A DNA stretch of 64,000 nt. It comes from a virus. Under the pieces are notes generated by a model. It was not told the DNA's origin. It did no database searches and saw only the letters and a program-made list of their open reading frames with translations. Below, in pieces: positions 48,614 to 57,246 of the stretch (position 1 is its first letter; every line of letters starts with the position of its first letter). A program made the position numbers and the translations under genes. The DNA lies in IMG/VR virus record IMGVR_UViG_3300042569_003487, positions 77,926-141,925 of that record; one strand, given 5' to 3'.

Positions 48614-49639
48614 ATGGATTTATTCAATTTAAACACCGACGACTTTACCGCGCCAAAAGCAGGCACCGCACGCAAAGTAGATGAAAACCTCTACAATCCT
48701 GGACCAGATCAAGCTCAAAATGGAGTTTATCGTTCAGTAATCAGATTTATTCCTTGGATCGGGGATCCAGCTAAGAGTAAGTACAAAAAGTACTACGCTC
48801 GAATGACAAACCCTTTGACTGGTGAAAGATTTACAATCGATTGCCCTTCTTCATTAGGAAAATCTTCAATCTTATGGACTCTTGATCTAGAGCTTCGTAA
48901 ATTAGCAAACGAAGAACCAGAAATTGTAAAAGAGATTCAAAAGAATTTCATGAGAGCTTACAATTATTACTCTCTTGTTTACATTAAGAAAGACCCTCAG
49001 TTTCCACAGCTTGAAGGAAAAATTAAAGTGTATAGCTTTGGCTACAACATTGATAATTTGATCCAGCAAGAATTGAGTCCAGAAGCAGAATTGATGAATA
49101 TTAAGAAAATCAATCCTTACTCAATGTTGGAAGGAAAGGACATGGTACTTGTAGTAAAACGTAAAACTAAGAGCTGGAGAGATTATTCTTCTTCTAAATT
49201 TATGTCAGAAACAAGCCCGCTAATCCTAAAATTAGATGACGGTCGTGAACTTCCAGTAAATGGAGAAGAAAAAGTTCAAACCTATGTAAAAGGATTCTTG
49301 GAGAAAAATTCTCCAGATCTAGGTCAATACTTCTACAAAGAGTGGTCTGACTCAGATTATGAAAAGGTTGCAGAATTTATTAAAGCAATTATTCCTCACA
49401 AATCTATTCTTGATGCAGTATTAGCAAACACAAGAGATGAGAAAATCAAACCTTACTTCTCTGCAATTAAATCTGCTCAACCAGTAAACCGAGTAGTAGC
49501 AGACGATTTAGATTTTGCTACACCATCTAAACCAATTTCAACTAATGCATTTGATGATTTTGATTCAGCTCCAGCACCAGCTGCTCCGGCTAAGTCTACA
49601 CCATCTAATGATTTTGATGACTTATTGGCAGATCTTTAA
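48614..49639 (+). CDS. gp32: T4 gp32-like single-stranded DNA-binding protein
   Basis: VIRFIP, YYSLVYIKKDP...EGKIKVYSFG, DYSSSKF, acidic tail DFDDLLADL. Confidence 0.88.
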   Translation: MDLFNLNTDDFTAPKAGTARKVDENLYNPGPDQAQNGVYRSVIRFIPWIGDPAKSKYKKYYARMTNPLTGERFTIDCPSSLGKSSILWTLDLELRKLANEEPEIVKEIQKNFMRAYNYYSLVYIKKDPQFPQLEGKIKVYSFGYNIDNLIQQELSPEAELMNIKKINPYSMLEGKDMVLVVKRKTKSWRDYSSSKFMSETSPLILKLDDGRELPVNGEEKVQTYVKGFLEKNSPDLGQYFYKEWSDSDYEKVAEFIKAIIPHKSILDAVLANTRDEKIKPYFSAIKSAQPVNRVVADDLDFATPSKPISTNAFDDFDSAPAPAAPAKSTPSNDFDDLLADL

Positions 49640-49660
49640 TCTTTAAAATAATTTAAATAC

Positions 49661-49975
49661 ATGTCACAAGAACAAGTAAATGCTGAGGCAACTCCTCAAC
49701 CAGAATTACAGAAGACATATTTGTTATCTACCATTTCTTACACAGATAAGGCAGATTATGATAAGTTTTTAGAAAATTTGTCTCCTGAACATGCACTAAT
49801 AGTGTTAATTTCAGCAGCAAATCATGGACAACTTAAAGGAGCATATAATTTGGATGAAGCTGAACTTATTGCAAAAGCAATTCGTAAAATTACTCCATCT
49901 GCTGCTCAAGAAGAACAACCCGCAGAAGAGGAAGCTCCTAAGAAAGCAAAAACTACTGCTAAAAAAGCTAAATAA
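49661..49975 (+). CDS. Hypothetical protein
   Basis: 104-aa ORF between the SSB and RNase H genes; Lys/Ala-rich tail. Confidence 0.7.
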   Translation: MSQEQVNAEATPQPELQKTYLLSTISYTDKADYDKFLENLSPEHALIVLISAANHGQLKGAYNLDEAELIAKAIRKITPSAAQEEQPAEEEAPKKAKTTAKKAK

Positions 49976-51087
49976 TGAATATAGTAATTGATGGAAATGC
50001 TTTTCTTAACGTATCCGCTTCTATTGTCAAAAATATGTTACATAATGACAAAAGAATTGGTGAAAAGTACTTTGTCAATGATCTATTGGATGACAGCAAG
50101 TTTATGCTTAAACAGCAAGCTGCTGTAACATTTAGAAATTTTGTTATCAACTACTTCAGCTCCATTGTTTCTCCATTTAAGGGAAGCGCTGGAGCTGTTT
50201 TTTTCGTTTTTGACTCAAAGAGCTGGAGAAAAGAATATATTAAACAATTCTTTGCAACAGAAGAAGACAGAAAAGACGACCAATTTGAATATAAAGGCAA
50301 TCGAAAATACGATGATAAAATATATCTTTTCTTTGAATTATTTCAAAATGAGATATTATCAGACTTAAAGGAAATGGGAGCAGTATCTTCCAGAATACTT
50401 GGAGCTGAGGGCGACGACTTAATCGCGCATATCGTTGATAATTTTGAAGGAGATATTTGTATTTGGTCAGTAGATAAGGATTTAATTCAATTGTTAGAAA
50501 GTGGCAAACGCTCAGTTATATTAGTTACACCAAAAATGATGACTAAAAATAAAAGAGTATTTGTTGCACATAAAAAACAAGAAGAAGCCTCAATTGATAT
50601 TTTTAATTTTGAATCAGCTGTCGATAATTCTAATATTGATGAACTTCTTAGAGAATTTACTCAAAGAGACTTTGTTAAATATGAAGTAGACCCAGCCGAA
50701 GAACTTATGTTAAAGATATTAGGTGGAGATCCGTCTGATACAATTCCTAGAGTCCATCCAAAGATGACAAAGTCTAAGATTGAAGCAGTAATTTCTAAAC
50801 TTAAAGAAAATGAAGGAGACTGGTCAATCCTTGTACATAAACTAAGAACCAATGATCCTTATGTAAAGGATATGATTGTTGAAGCTAGTACAAAAGAGCT
50901 TAAATTAACTACCCAAGAGTTACAGGATCAATTCAGAAAGACCTTGGACTTTAATATTAAGATTATATGTCTTTCAATAGATCATGTCCCTGCGAAGCTC
51001 TCTGGCTCAATACGAGAGTCTTTTGACTTTACCTCTATAAAGAGATTTGACATTAACTCATTTAAAAAATATCATTCTACAAAATGA
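49975..51087 (+). CDS. rnh: T4 RNase H-like 5'-3' exonuclease / flap endonuclease
   Basis: IDGN, FDSKSWRK, YKGNR, EGDDLIA, SVDKDLIQL, GDPSDTIP. Confidence 0.88.
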   Translation: MNIVIDGNAFLNVSASIVKNMLHNDKRIGEKYFVNDLLDDSKFMLKQQAAVTFRNFVINYFSSIVSPFKGSAGAVFFVFDSKSWRKEYIKQFFATEEDRKDDQFEYKGNRKYDDKIYLFFELFQNEILSDLKEMGAVSSRILGAEGDDLIAHIVDNFEGDICIWSVDKDLIQLLESGKRSVILVTPKMMTKNKRVFVAHKKQEEASIDIFNFESAVDNSNIDELLREFTQRDFVKYEVDPAEELMLKILGGDPSDTIPRVHPKMTKSKIEAVISKLKENEGDWSILVHKLRTNDPYVKDMIVEASTKELKLTTQELQDQFRKTLDFNIKIICLSIDHVPAKLSGSIRESFDFTSIKRFDINSFKKYHSTK

Positions 51088-51398
51088 ATTCACCAATAAT
51101 CCCAATTTACGATCGAGTGGTTCTTCAACCAGACGAGCAAAATAAAAAAACTGAAACAGGTATTATTCTTCCACCTGACACCAGAAAGCGCTCAAATAGC
51201 GGAACTGTTATTGCAGTCGGTAATGGTTTAGAGCGACCTATTCCATTGGAACCAGGAGATAGAGTAATCTATCAGCGCCATGCAGGTTTAGATATGCAAT
51301 GGAATGGCGAAAACTATCTAGTAGTTCTTGCCCATGAAATTGTTGCTAAAATTGTAGCAGACTCTGTTCCAACCTTTGTTGAACCAGGCGAAAGATAA
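51084..51398 (+). CDS. groES: Co-chaperonin GroES
   Basis: PIYDRVVL, KTETGIILP mobile loop, GTVIAVG, GDRVIY. Confidence 0.92.
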   Translation: MNSPIIPIYDRVVLQPDEQNKKTETGIILPPDTRKRSNSGTVIAVGNGLERPIPLEPGDRVIYQRHAGLDMQWNGENYLVVLAHEIVAKIVADSVPTFVEPGER

Positions 51399-51419
51399 CT
51401 GACATTTACTCATTATATT

Positions 51420-51449
51420 AAGCCCTAAGTATTATGCTTGGGGCTTTTT
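51420..51449 (+). terminator. Rho-independent terminator
   Basis: AAGCCCTAAGT-ATTAT-GCTTGGGGCTT followed by a T-run. Confidence 0.75.
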
Positions 51450-51469
51450 GTTTATAGTATATTAACTAT

Positions 51470-52006
51470 ATGAAAGTGTTATTTGTTAGTGTATTACTTT
51501 TTATTCAATTAAGCAGTTTAGCACAAACCGTACAGTCTGTTAAAATAAAAGACTTTCTCTTAGATAAGAGGGAACCAACTATTAATGGAATTTTTGAGGA
51601 CTTGCAAAATTTTAGAGATTCTTTGAATTTAGCGCCAGTCCAATTAGATAAACAGCTATGTATGGCAGCTCAACTACAAGCAAATTGGGTTGCTTGTACA
51701 GGGTTATTTCAGCATAATCAGACTATTGTCTGTGACTCGACCTTGCAGGTGATTTTGCAAACTTCATCAGACCGCGGAAATTATGTAGGAGCAATTGTTA
51801 AATCTGAAAATCTTCATACTGGCTGGAAACTTTTGCCTGAACACCTTATCGTTAAATCTTGGGGAATTTCACCTGGGCATAGGGCAAATATGTGCAGGAC
51901 CCCTCCGCCTGGTAATAATTTGTTAGTTGGCTTAGCTATAGCCCATTATAAAAATGACCCAAATCGAATTGTAGTAGTATTAACAATTGGAAATAGTACA
52001 AAATAA
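51470..52006 (+). CDS. CAP/SCP-domain protein with N-terminal signal peptide
   Basis: MKVLFVSVLLFIQLSSLA signal; L...AAQ..A...FQH...ENL...W..SPGHRANM. Confidence 0.8.
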   Translation: MKVLFVSVLLFIQLSSLAQTVQSVKIKDFLLDKREPTINGIFEDLQNFRDSLNLAPVQLDKQLCMAAQLQANWVACTGLFQHNQTIVCDSTLQVILQTSSDRGNYVGAIVKSENLHTGWKLLPEHLIVKSWGISPGHRANMCRTPPPGNNLLVGLAIAHYKNDPNRIVVVLTIGNSTK

Positions 52007-52030
52007 AAAAGGTCCCATTTGGGACCTTTT
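52005..52030. terminator. Bidirectional terminator between convergent genes
   Basis: AAAAAA-GGTCCC-ATTT-GGGACC-TTTT. Confidence 0.85.
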
Positions 52031-52049
52031 CTTTATTAGGTTAATAGTA

Positions 52050-53273
52050 TTACCACTTAGGGCATTTAATAGCTCCCCAATTCTTTCCCTTTTTATATTT
52101 ACCAGAGTGTTTACGCCAAAGTCTTCCAGATATTTCAATTTTTGGCAATCTAAATCTAAGGTCAATTCCCTTAGGTCTTGAGAAGAAGCCAATTCCATAG
52201 TCCTTCGTTGGAACATCTATTTTTATTACGTCATAATCTTCGTCACCGTCTTTAGTTGGATCTGGTTCAGGCTTTTCTGACCATCCAGTATTTGCAACTA
52301 TCTCAATTCCAGCTATACAATATTTAAATTTATCGTATCCAGTCTTATCAGTCAATGGCGACCCAAATTGACCACGAGCCTCTTCTTTAGCGAGGGTTGA
52401 TTCTTTTCCATCTTTAGTAATAGCAATTCCTTTAGGTGGGTTAGGTCCAGTTGAACCATCTCCATTTCCTCCTACCCAATCTTGAGTAATTACAGTATCT
52501 GCATCTGCTAATACTCCAAGTTCAGCAAGTTTTTTAATAATAAAGTCTTTAGCTGCAGTATTTCTAGCCTTAGATAATTCAGCAAATGTCATATTAGCGG
52601 CAGCCCCAGTATTTCTATATCTCGAACACGATGTATGAACCTCAATTGACTTTAAGAAAAATTTAGGCTTTGTCATATCTACATTATATTTCATAGACTC
52701 TGCAATTTGACGTAATGGTTCAAGAACTTCAGTATTAAGTCTAGCTTCAAAGTCCGATGTAGGAACCCATGCATTATCTGCAAATAAGTTATTAGATGGG
52801 CCATTCATTGGAAATTCAATCGGCATATTAATTCCATTTGTGTTTCCTAAATCTGAATCTCCAGTTGGGGCCTTTGGAATCTTTTTAAGTTCTTCTTTAA
52901 TGCCTGCCTCATTGTCACAAAAAACATGCTGCCACTTATAAGTTGGATAAGATTCAATAAATTTCTCTAATGCAACTACAGCATACCCTTTAATTTTAGG
53001 GTCAGCTTTAATTTCGTTCCAATGTAATTTACTAGCCTCACTCATTTTTGCAAGAATTTGTGATTCATTTTCAGTCAAATAATCATCCCATTCAGCCTCT
53101 GGCGTTTGAACTTCTTGTTCCCAGGTCATTGGATCAATGGTTAGAGCTCCACCGGGTCTCCAAACCCAGTTTTTTCCACGGAGTTTACCTCTACCTATTT
53201 TAATTTTAAGTTTTTCGTTAATTTGGCTTGGATCTAAACTTTCCGCAAGCCATTGTGAATAGTTTTTAATCAT
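52050..53273 (-). CDS. Putative internal head protein (CTS-like N-terminus) with an OmpA-C-like segment
   Basis: MIKNYSQWLAES; IEVHTSCS...ELSKARNTAAKDFI..KL..LGV. Confidence 0.5.
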   Translation of the reverse strand: MIKNYSQWLAESLDPSQINEKLKIKIGRGKLRGKNWVWRPGGALTIDPMTWEQEVQTPEAEWDDYLTENESQILAKMSEASKLHWNEIKADPKIKGYAVVALEKFIESYPTYKWQHVFCDNEAGIKEELKKIPKAPTGDSDLGNTNGINMPIEFPMNGPSNNLFADNAWVPTSDFEARLNTEVLEPLRQIAESMKYNVDMTKPKFFLKSIEVHTSCSRYRNTGAAANMTFAELSKARNTAAKDFIIKKLAELGVLADADTVITQDWVGGNGDGSTGPNPPKGIAITKDGKESTLAKEEARGQFGSPLTDKTGYDKFKYCIAGIEIVANTGWSEKPEPDPTKDGDEDYDVIKIDVPTKDYGIGFFSRPKGIDLRFRLPKIEISGRLWRKHSGKYKKGKNWGAIKCPKW

Positions 53274-53296
53274 TTTATTGATTAGTAATTTTTAGT

Positions 53297-53304
53297 TATT
53301 TATT
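53297..53304 (-). promoter_or_regulatory. Late promoter AATAAATA
   Basis: Between the sheath terminator and the 53273 start. Confidence 0.65.
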
Positions 53305-53320
53305 TAGTCTAGTTAAATAG

Positions 53321-53345
53321 AAAAAGCCGCTTAGTGCGGCTTTTT
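53321..53345 (-). terminator. Rho-independent terminator of the tail sheath gene (symmetric)
   Basis: AAAAAGCCGC-TTAGT-GCGGCTTTTT. Confidence 0.85.
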
Positions 53346-53367
53346 CGTTTATTAAATAGTCTTCTTA

Positions 53368-56300
53368 TTAGAAAGAAGGAATAAATCCAGTAGCTTGAGA
53401 AGAAAGACCTCCACCAACTTTTGTAATTGTAATACGGTTGATGAATTTGTGAATACCTCTTGGGAAATCTAAGAATACGTCAATGATTGCTGTATTTGCA
53501 GATAATACCTCTGGGCCATTATTTGTTGTATCAAATACCACAGTGTATGTTGCAATACCTTGTGCATTCTTTGCTCTCTCCAAATATCCTTCAACTAGAG
53601 TTTTAATTCTTAGACGAGTAATCTCATCATTAAAATCAAATAGGAAGTTGAATAGGATTCTTTCGATATCTTTTTCAATTGTTGCAAGAGCTTCTCTAAC
53701 GTGAATGTTGTTAAGAGCTGAATTAATTTTTTGATATGCAGTATTGTTTGTGAATACCATAATACCAAAACCTCTTCTTCTAACAATCATATTAAAACCA
53801 GCTGGTTCTAGATAGTCTCTGTCTTCTTGTGATAATTCATATTCAACATTAACTACATCAGAATCTCCGATTATACCGTGTTTACCTGCTACAATTGAGA
53901 AAGGTCTGCCAGATTCATACTTATTCATAAATGCATTTGCAACATACGCTGCAGGTGGAACTGATTTATTTCTTCCATTATCATTTACAATTAAGTTAGG
54001 CATAAAATATGCAGCGTAAGATCCCATTGGAACTCCATTAACTTCTTCATCTACGAATCTAAATGTTGTAGTTGGATTAAGATCCAAATTACCACCATCT
54101 GCGATATGTTTAGCAGAAACTAATTTTGTAGTTACATCAGCAAATGAAGGTTCAGTTGATAATTCAAGTTGTCTAATTGATGGAGAGTTTAGGATAGCTA
54201 AACACTGTCCGTTATCTGCTGCAATTTTTGCTAAATAATATTTAGAAGAACCTGAAATATCTCCTTCAAATGTATCAATAATGTATCTAAAATCTACGAT
54301 TTCGCCTTCAGCTAACGTCTTAGCGATATTTGTATTTTCATACAACCATCCTAAAATATCAGATTGACGGGCAGATGTTCCATTAGGAAGTTGAGCATCT
54401 CTCATTGTAAATCCTCCTAGTTTTACACCTTTTGCTGCAGTAATATAATTTCTAATACCTTTATGGAAAATCATATTTGAATCAATATCAATACCAATAA
54501 TCGTTGAATCACTAGGTACTAACGTTGTAACTACAAAGTTCTTATAGGTTTTTACAGTAGTTGTTGTGTAACCAGGAACTAAAGCTTTTGTAAACGTGTA
54601 AGTTCCACCGCTAACTCCGGTAGTTGGAGTAGATAGAGTTAATACTAAACCTACTTTATTTGTTACTGTAGTATTTGGTGCAATACCTGTACCAGATACA
54701 GCACATCCAATTACAATATTTGCATTTGCTGCGCTTAGCGTAATACTAGTTGCTGCTGCGATAAATGCATCTATTGCGATTCCACTTTCATTAACTGCAG
54801 GCACGGCTGGCGTAGGTACTGCACTAGTTGAAATAATATCAGTTCCAGCAACTGAAACAATTTTTAAGAATCTTGAACGACCTGCTCCATTTGCTTTAGC
54901 TTTAACATAATAGTTAGGCTTTACAAATTCTGCAACTTCTGCTAAATAAGAAGCATTGCTTGGAGTTACAGTAGCCGCAGCATTTCCTACCGTTACTGAA
55001 GTTGAGCTAAGAACTTTCATCTCAATTTTATTAAGAGCAAGCTTAGTTGTTGTAATTTCAGCACCGTTATTATTTGCAGCAAGCTCAGCAGCAAAATCAA
55101 ATACTTTCGTAGTTGAGTTTGTTCCGTGAATGTCTAACGAAAGTTTAACAAAAGTATCAACTACTGTAATTACTGGAATAGTTGCGCTCTGGTTAGTTAA
55201 AGTAATGTTATCGAAACACTTAATTTTAATATAGTTTTTGGTAACTAAGTTAACTACTTCAGTAAATCCTGATTCAACTTTAACATATTTAGATGCGGTC
55301 GTTCCATTTTGAGTAGTAATAAAACCATTACCTGTTACAATAAATCCGTCATACCATGCTTTATAAAGTTGAGTACCTTCACGAGCAATAATAATTTGAT
55401 TACCATTCTCAGTTACAACTCTACATGAATCAGAAATTCCAGTTGTAACTTCAAATACTGCAGTATTTTTAACAGGAGCTTTATAACCAAGTACATCTAA
55501 TTTAGCATTAGCATCAGTGTAGTCTCCAAGGAAACCATTATCAATGAAATAATCTTGGAAATCTGCTGCAATAAGATCCATGTAACCATGTCCAGCTAAA
55601 TCGATTCTGTGCGAATCCATAGAAGCATTTGCAAATGCAGTTTCAAGATCGATTAATTCGATTTTATTTTCATCTAATGCGCAAAATAATTCGGTTTGAG
55701 AGAATAGTCTATTGAATACTCTATCAATTGAAATATCTGCACCAGATGCGTCTTTAAATTGAGGAATTAGCGAACCGTTTACTCTTGCGATATTCTTAAC
55801 TTCTCTTAAGTTTAAGAATCCGTTAATCTTAGACATAATAATACCTCTTTCATTGAAGTATGATTTGTAAACAGGGTCGTTTGCAAGTCTTGCATTATCT
55901 GTCCAATCACCTTCTACGGCGATTAATTCGATGATATAGTCAGCAACAATATCATCTGGGTGAAGATATGTCGGAATAGTTACTTTATCACCACCGGTAA
56001 CTTTGTAATATTCCTTAATTGTTACATCGTATCCAGCAACATCAGCTAGTTTTGCCCAAACAGTAACTGGGCGCTTTCCTAGGTTAACAATAGAAAAAAT
56101 CTTATTGTCATCTTCTGAGCTCAACGCGTTATTTTTAGTTCTGTTGAACTGGTCTTCGTCAGCATACCATAATTTCTGTGTGTTAAAGAAACTAGAAAGT
56201 GGTTGCTCGAATGCAGATGCAGTAAAGTCTGAATTAAATGATCCAGATTCAGTGTTGAATGTTGCAAATGTTACTTTGTCTAATGTATCGTCAGTTGGCA

Positions 56301-56580
56301 ATACGTTCAAAGCATAAACTGGGCCTTTTCTTAGCGCTACTTCTAGTGTTCTATGGAAATAACTGCCCTTGCTTTCAAGTTTAGTGTCTCTTTCACCATA
56401 AACTGCTAGCGCACTGTTTAAGTCGCTTAAAGCCACAACTGTATTGATTGGTCCTCTTTTGCTAGATCCGATAACTAATCGGCCAGTTCCTAGAGGTAAT
56501 GCAATGTTTTGGCTCTCATCGATTTCGACTGTGTAGACGCCACTTGATTTAAAGCGATTGAGATTTAATTTTTGTGCCAT
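53368..56580 (-). CDS. gp18: Contractile tail sheath protein (T4 gp18-like) with large insertions
   Basis: SGVYTVEID, GPINT, VPPAAYV, NNIHVRE...FLFDFNDEITR...VVFDTTNN. Confidence 0.9.
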   Translation of the reverse strand: MAQKLNLNRFKSSGVYTVEIDESQNIALPLGTGRLVIGSSKRGPINTVVALSDLNSALAVYGERDTKLESKGSYFHRTLEVALRKGPVYALNVLPTDDTLDKVTFATFNTESGSFNSDFTASAFEQPLSSFFNTQKLWYADEDQFNRTKNNALSSEDDNKIFSIVNLGKRPVTVWAKLADVAGYDVTIKEYYKVTGGDKVTIPTYLHPDDIVADYIIELIAVEGDWTDNARLANDPVYKSYFNERGIIMSKINGFLNLREVKNIARVNGSLIPQFKDASGADISIDRVFNRLFSQTELFCALDENKIELIDLETAFANASMDSHRIDLAGHGYMDLIAADFQDYFIDNGFLGDYTDANAKLDVLGYKAPVKNTAVFEVTTGISDSCRVVTENGNQIIIAREGTQLYKAWYDGFIVTGNGFITTQNGTTASKYVKVESGFTEVVNLVTKNYIKIKCFDNITLTNQSATIPVITVVDTFVKLSLDIHGTNSTTKVFDFAAELAANNNGAEITTTKLALNKIEMKVLSSTSVTVGNAAATVTPSNASYLAEVAEFVKPNYYVKAKANGAGRSRFLKIVSVAGTDIISTSAVPTPAVPAVNESGIAIDAFIAAATSITLSAANANIVIGCAVSGTGIAPNTTVTNKVGLVLTLSTPTTGVSGGTYTFTKALVPGYTTTTVKTYKNFVVTTLVPSDSTIIGIDIDSNMIFHKGIRNYITAAKGVKLGGFTMRDAQLPNGTSARQSDILGWLYENTNIAKTLAEGEIVDFRYIIDTFEGDISGSSKYYLAKIAADNGQCLAILNSPSIRQLELSTEPSFADVTTKLVSAKHIADGGNLDLNPTTTFRFVDEEVNGVPMGSYAAYFMPNLIVNDNGRNKSVPPAAYVANAFMNKYESGRPFSIVAGKHGIIGDSDVVNVEYELSQEDRDYLEPAGFNMIVRRRGFGIMVFTNNTAYQKINSALNNIHVREALATIEKDIERILFNFLFDFNDEITRLRIKTLVEGYLERAKNAQGIATYTVVFDTTNNGPEVLSANTAIIDVFLDFPRGIHKFINRITITKVGGGLSSQATGFIPSF

Positions 56581-56602
56581 TTCGGTCCTACTATTTTTAA
56601 GT

Positions 56603-56610
56603 TATTTATT
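56603..56610 (-). promoter_or_regulatory. Late promoter AATAAATA at a hairpin apex (second copy GATAAATA at 56657-56664)
   Basis: TAAGTTA/TAACTTA and GTCCTA/TAGGAC arms. Confidence 0.7.
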
Positions 56611-56728
56611 TAACTTAGGACTCATGATTTTGGTCTAGATTGTCCTTTGCTATCATTATTTATCATCGTAAAGATCTTAGTATATCTAAGACAGTATAAG
56701 AAATTACTAAAAACCCAATTACTCACAA

Positions 56729-57217
56729 ATGAATGCAATGAAAAGAACTCCAAAACCTCTATCTAGAGGAGAATTAATTAGATTTATTAAGATTGGTGAC
56801 GTAAAAACTCCCGAATATGGAACTCCAGGGTCGGCTGGTATCGACTTTTTTGTTCCAAATGATTTTAAATCAGTTTTTCTTGAGCCAGGCGAATCAGTTT
56901 TAATCCCAAGTGGTATTCGTGCAAGGCTTCCTCTACATACAGCCCTAATCGCATTTAATAAAAGCGGAGTTGCTACAAAAAAGAGACTCCAAGTTGGCGC
57001 CCAAGTAGTAGATTGTGATTACCAAGGAGAGATCCACCTCCATCACTATAATTGTGGAACAACCGATCAATTAATTTCGCCAGGCGATAAGATAGTTCAG
57101 TTTATTTTAACCCCAATTATTAAAGCCAAATTAATTGAATGTCACAGTGAAGAAGAGGTATTTCCAACTCAGTCAGAAAGAGGTTCTGGCGGATTTGGTT
57201 CCACTGGAACAAATTAA
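56729..57217 (+). CDS. dut: Trimeric dUTPase
   Basis: GSAGIDF, KSG, VVDCDYQGEI, RGSGGFGSTG. Confidence 0.95.
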   Translation: MNAMKRTPKPLSRGELIRFIKIGDVKTPEYGTPGSAGIDFFVPNDFKSVFLEPGESVLIPSGIRARLPLHTALIAFNKSGVATKKRLQVGAQVVDCDYQGEIHLHHYNCGTTDQLISPGDKIVQFILTPIIKAKLIECHSEEEVFPTQSERGSGGFGSTGTN

Positions 57218-57246
57218 TTGGTATATTAACCCAAAGTAAGATAAAA

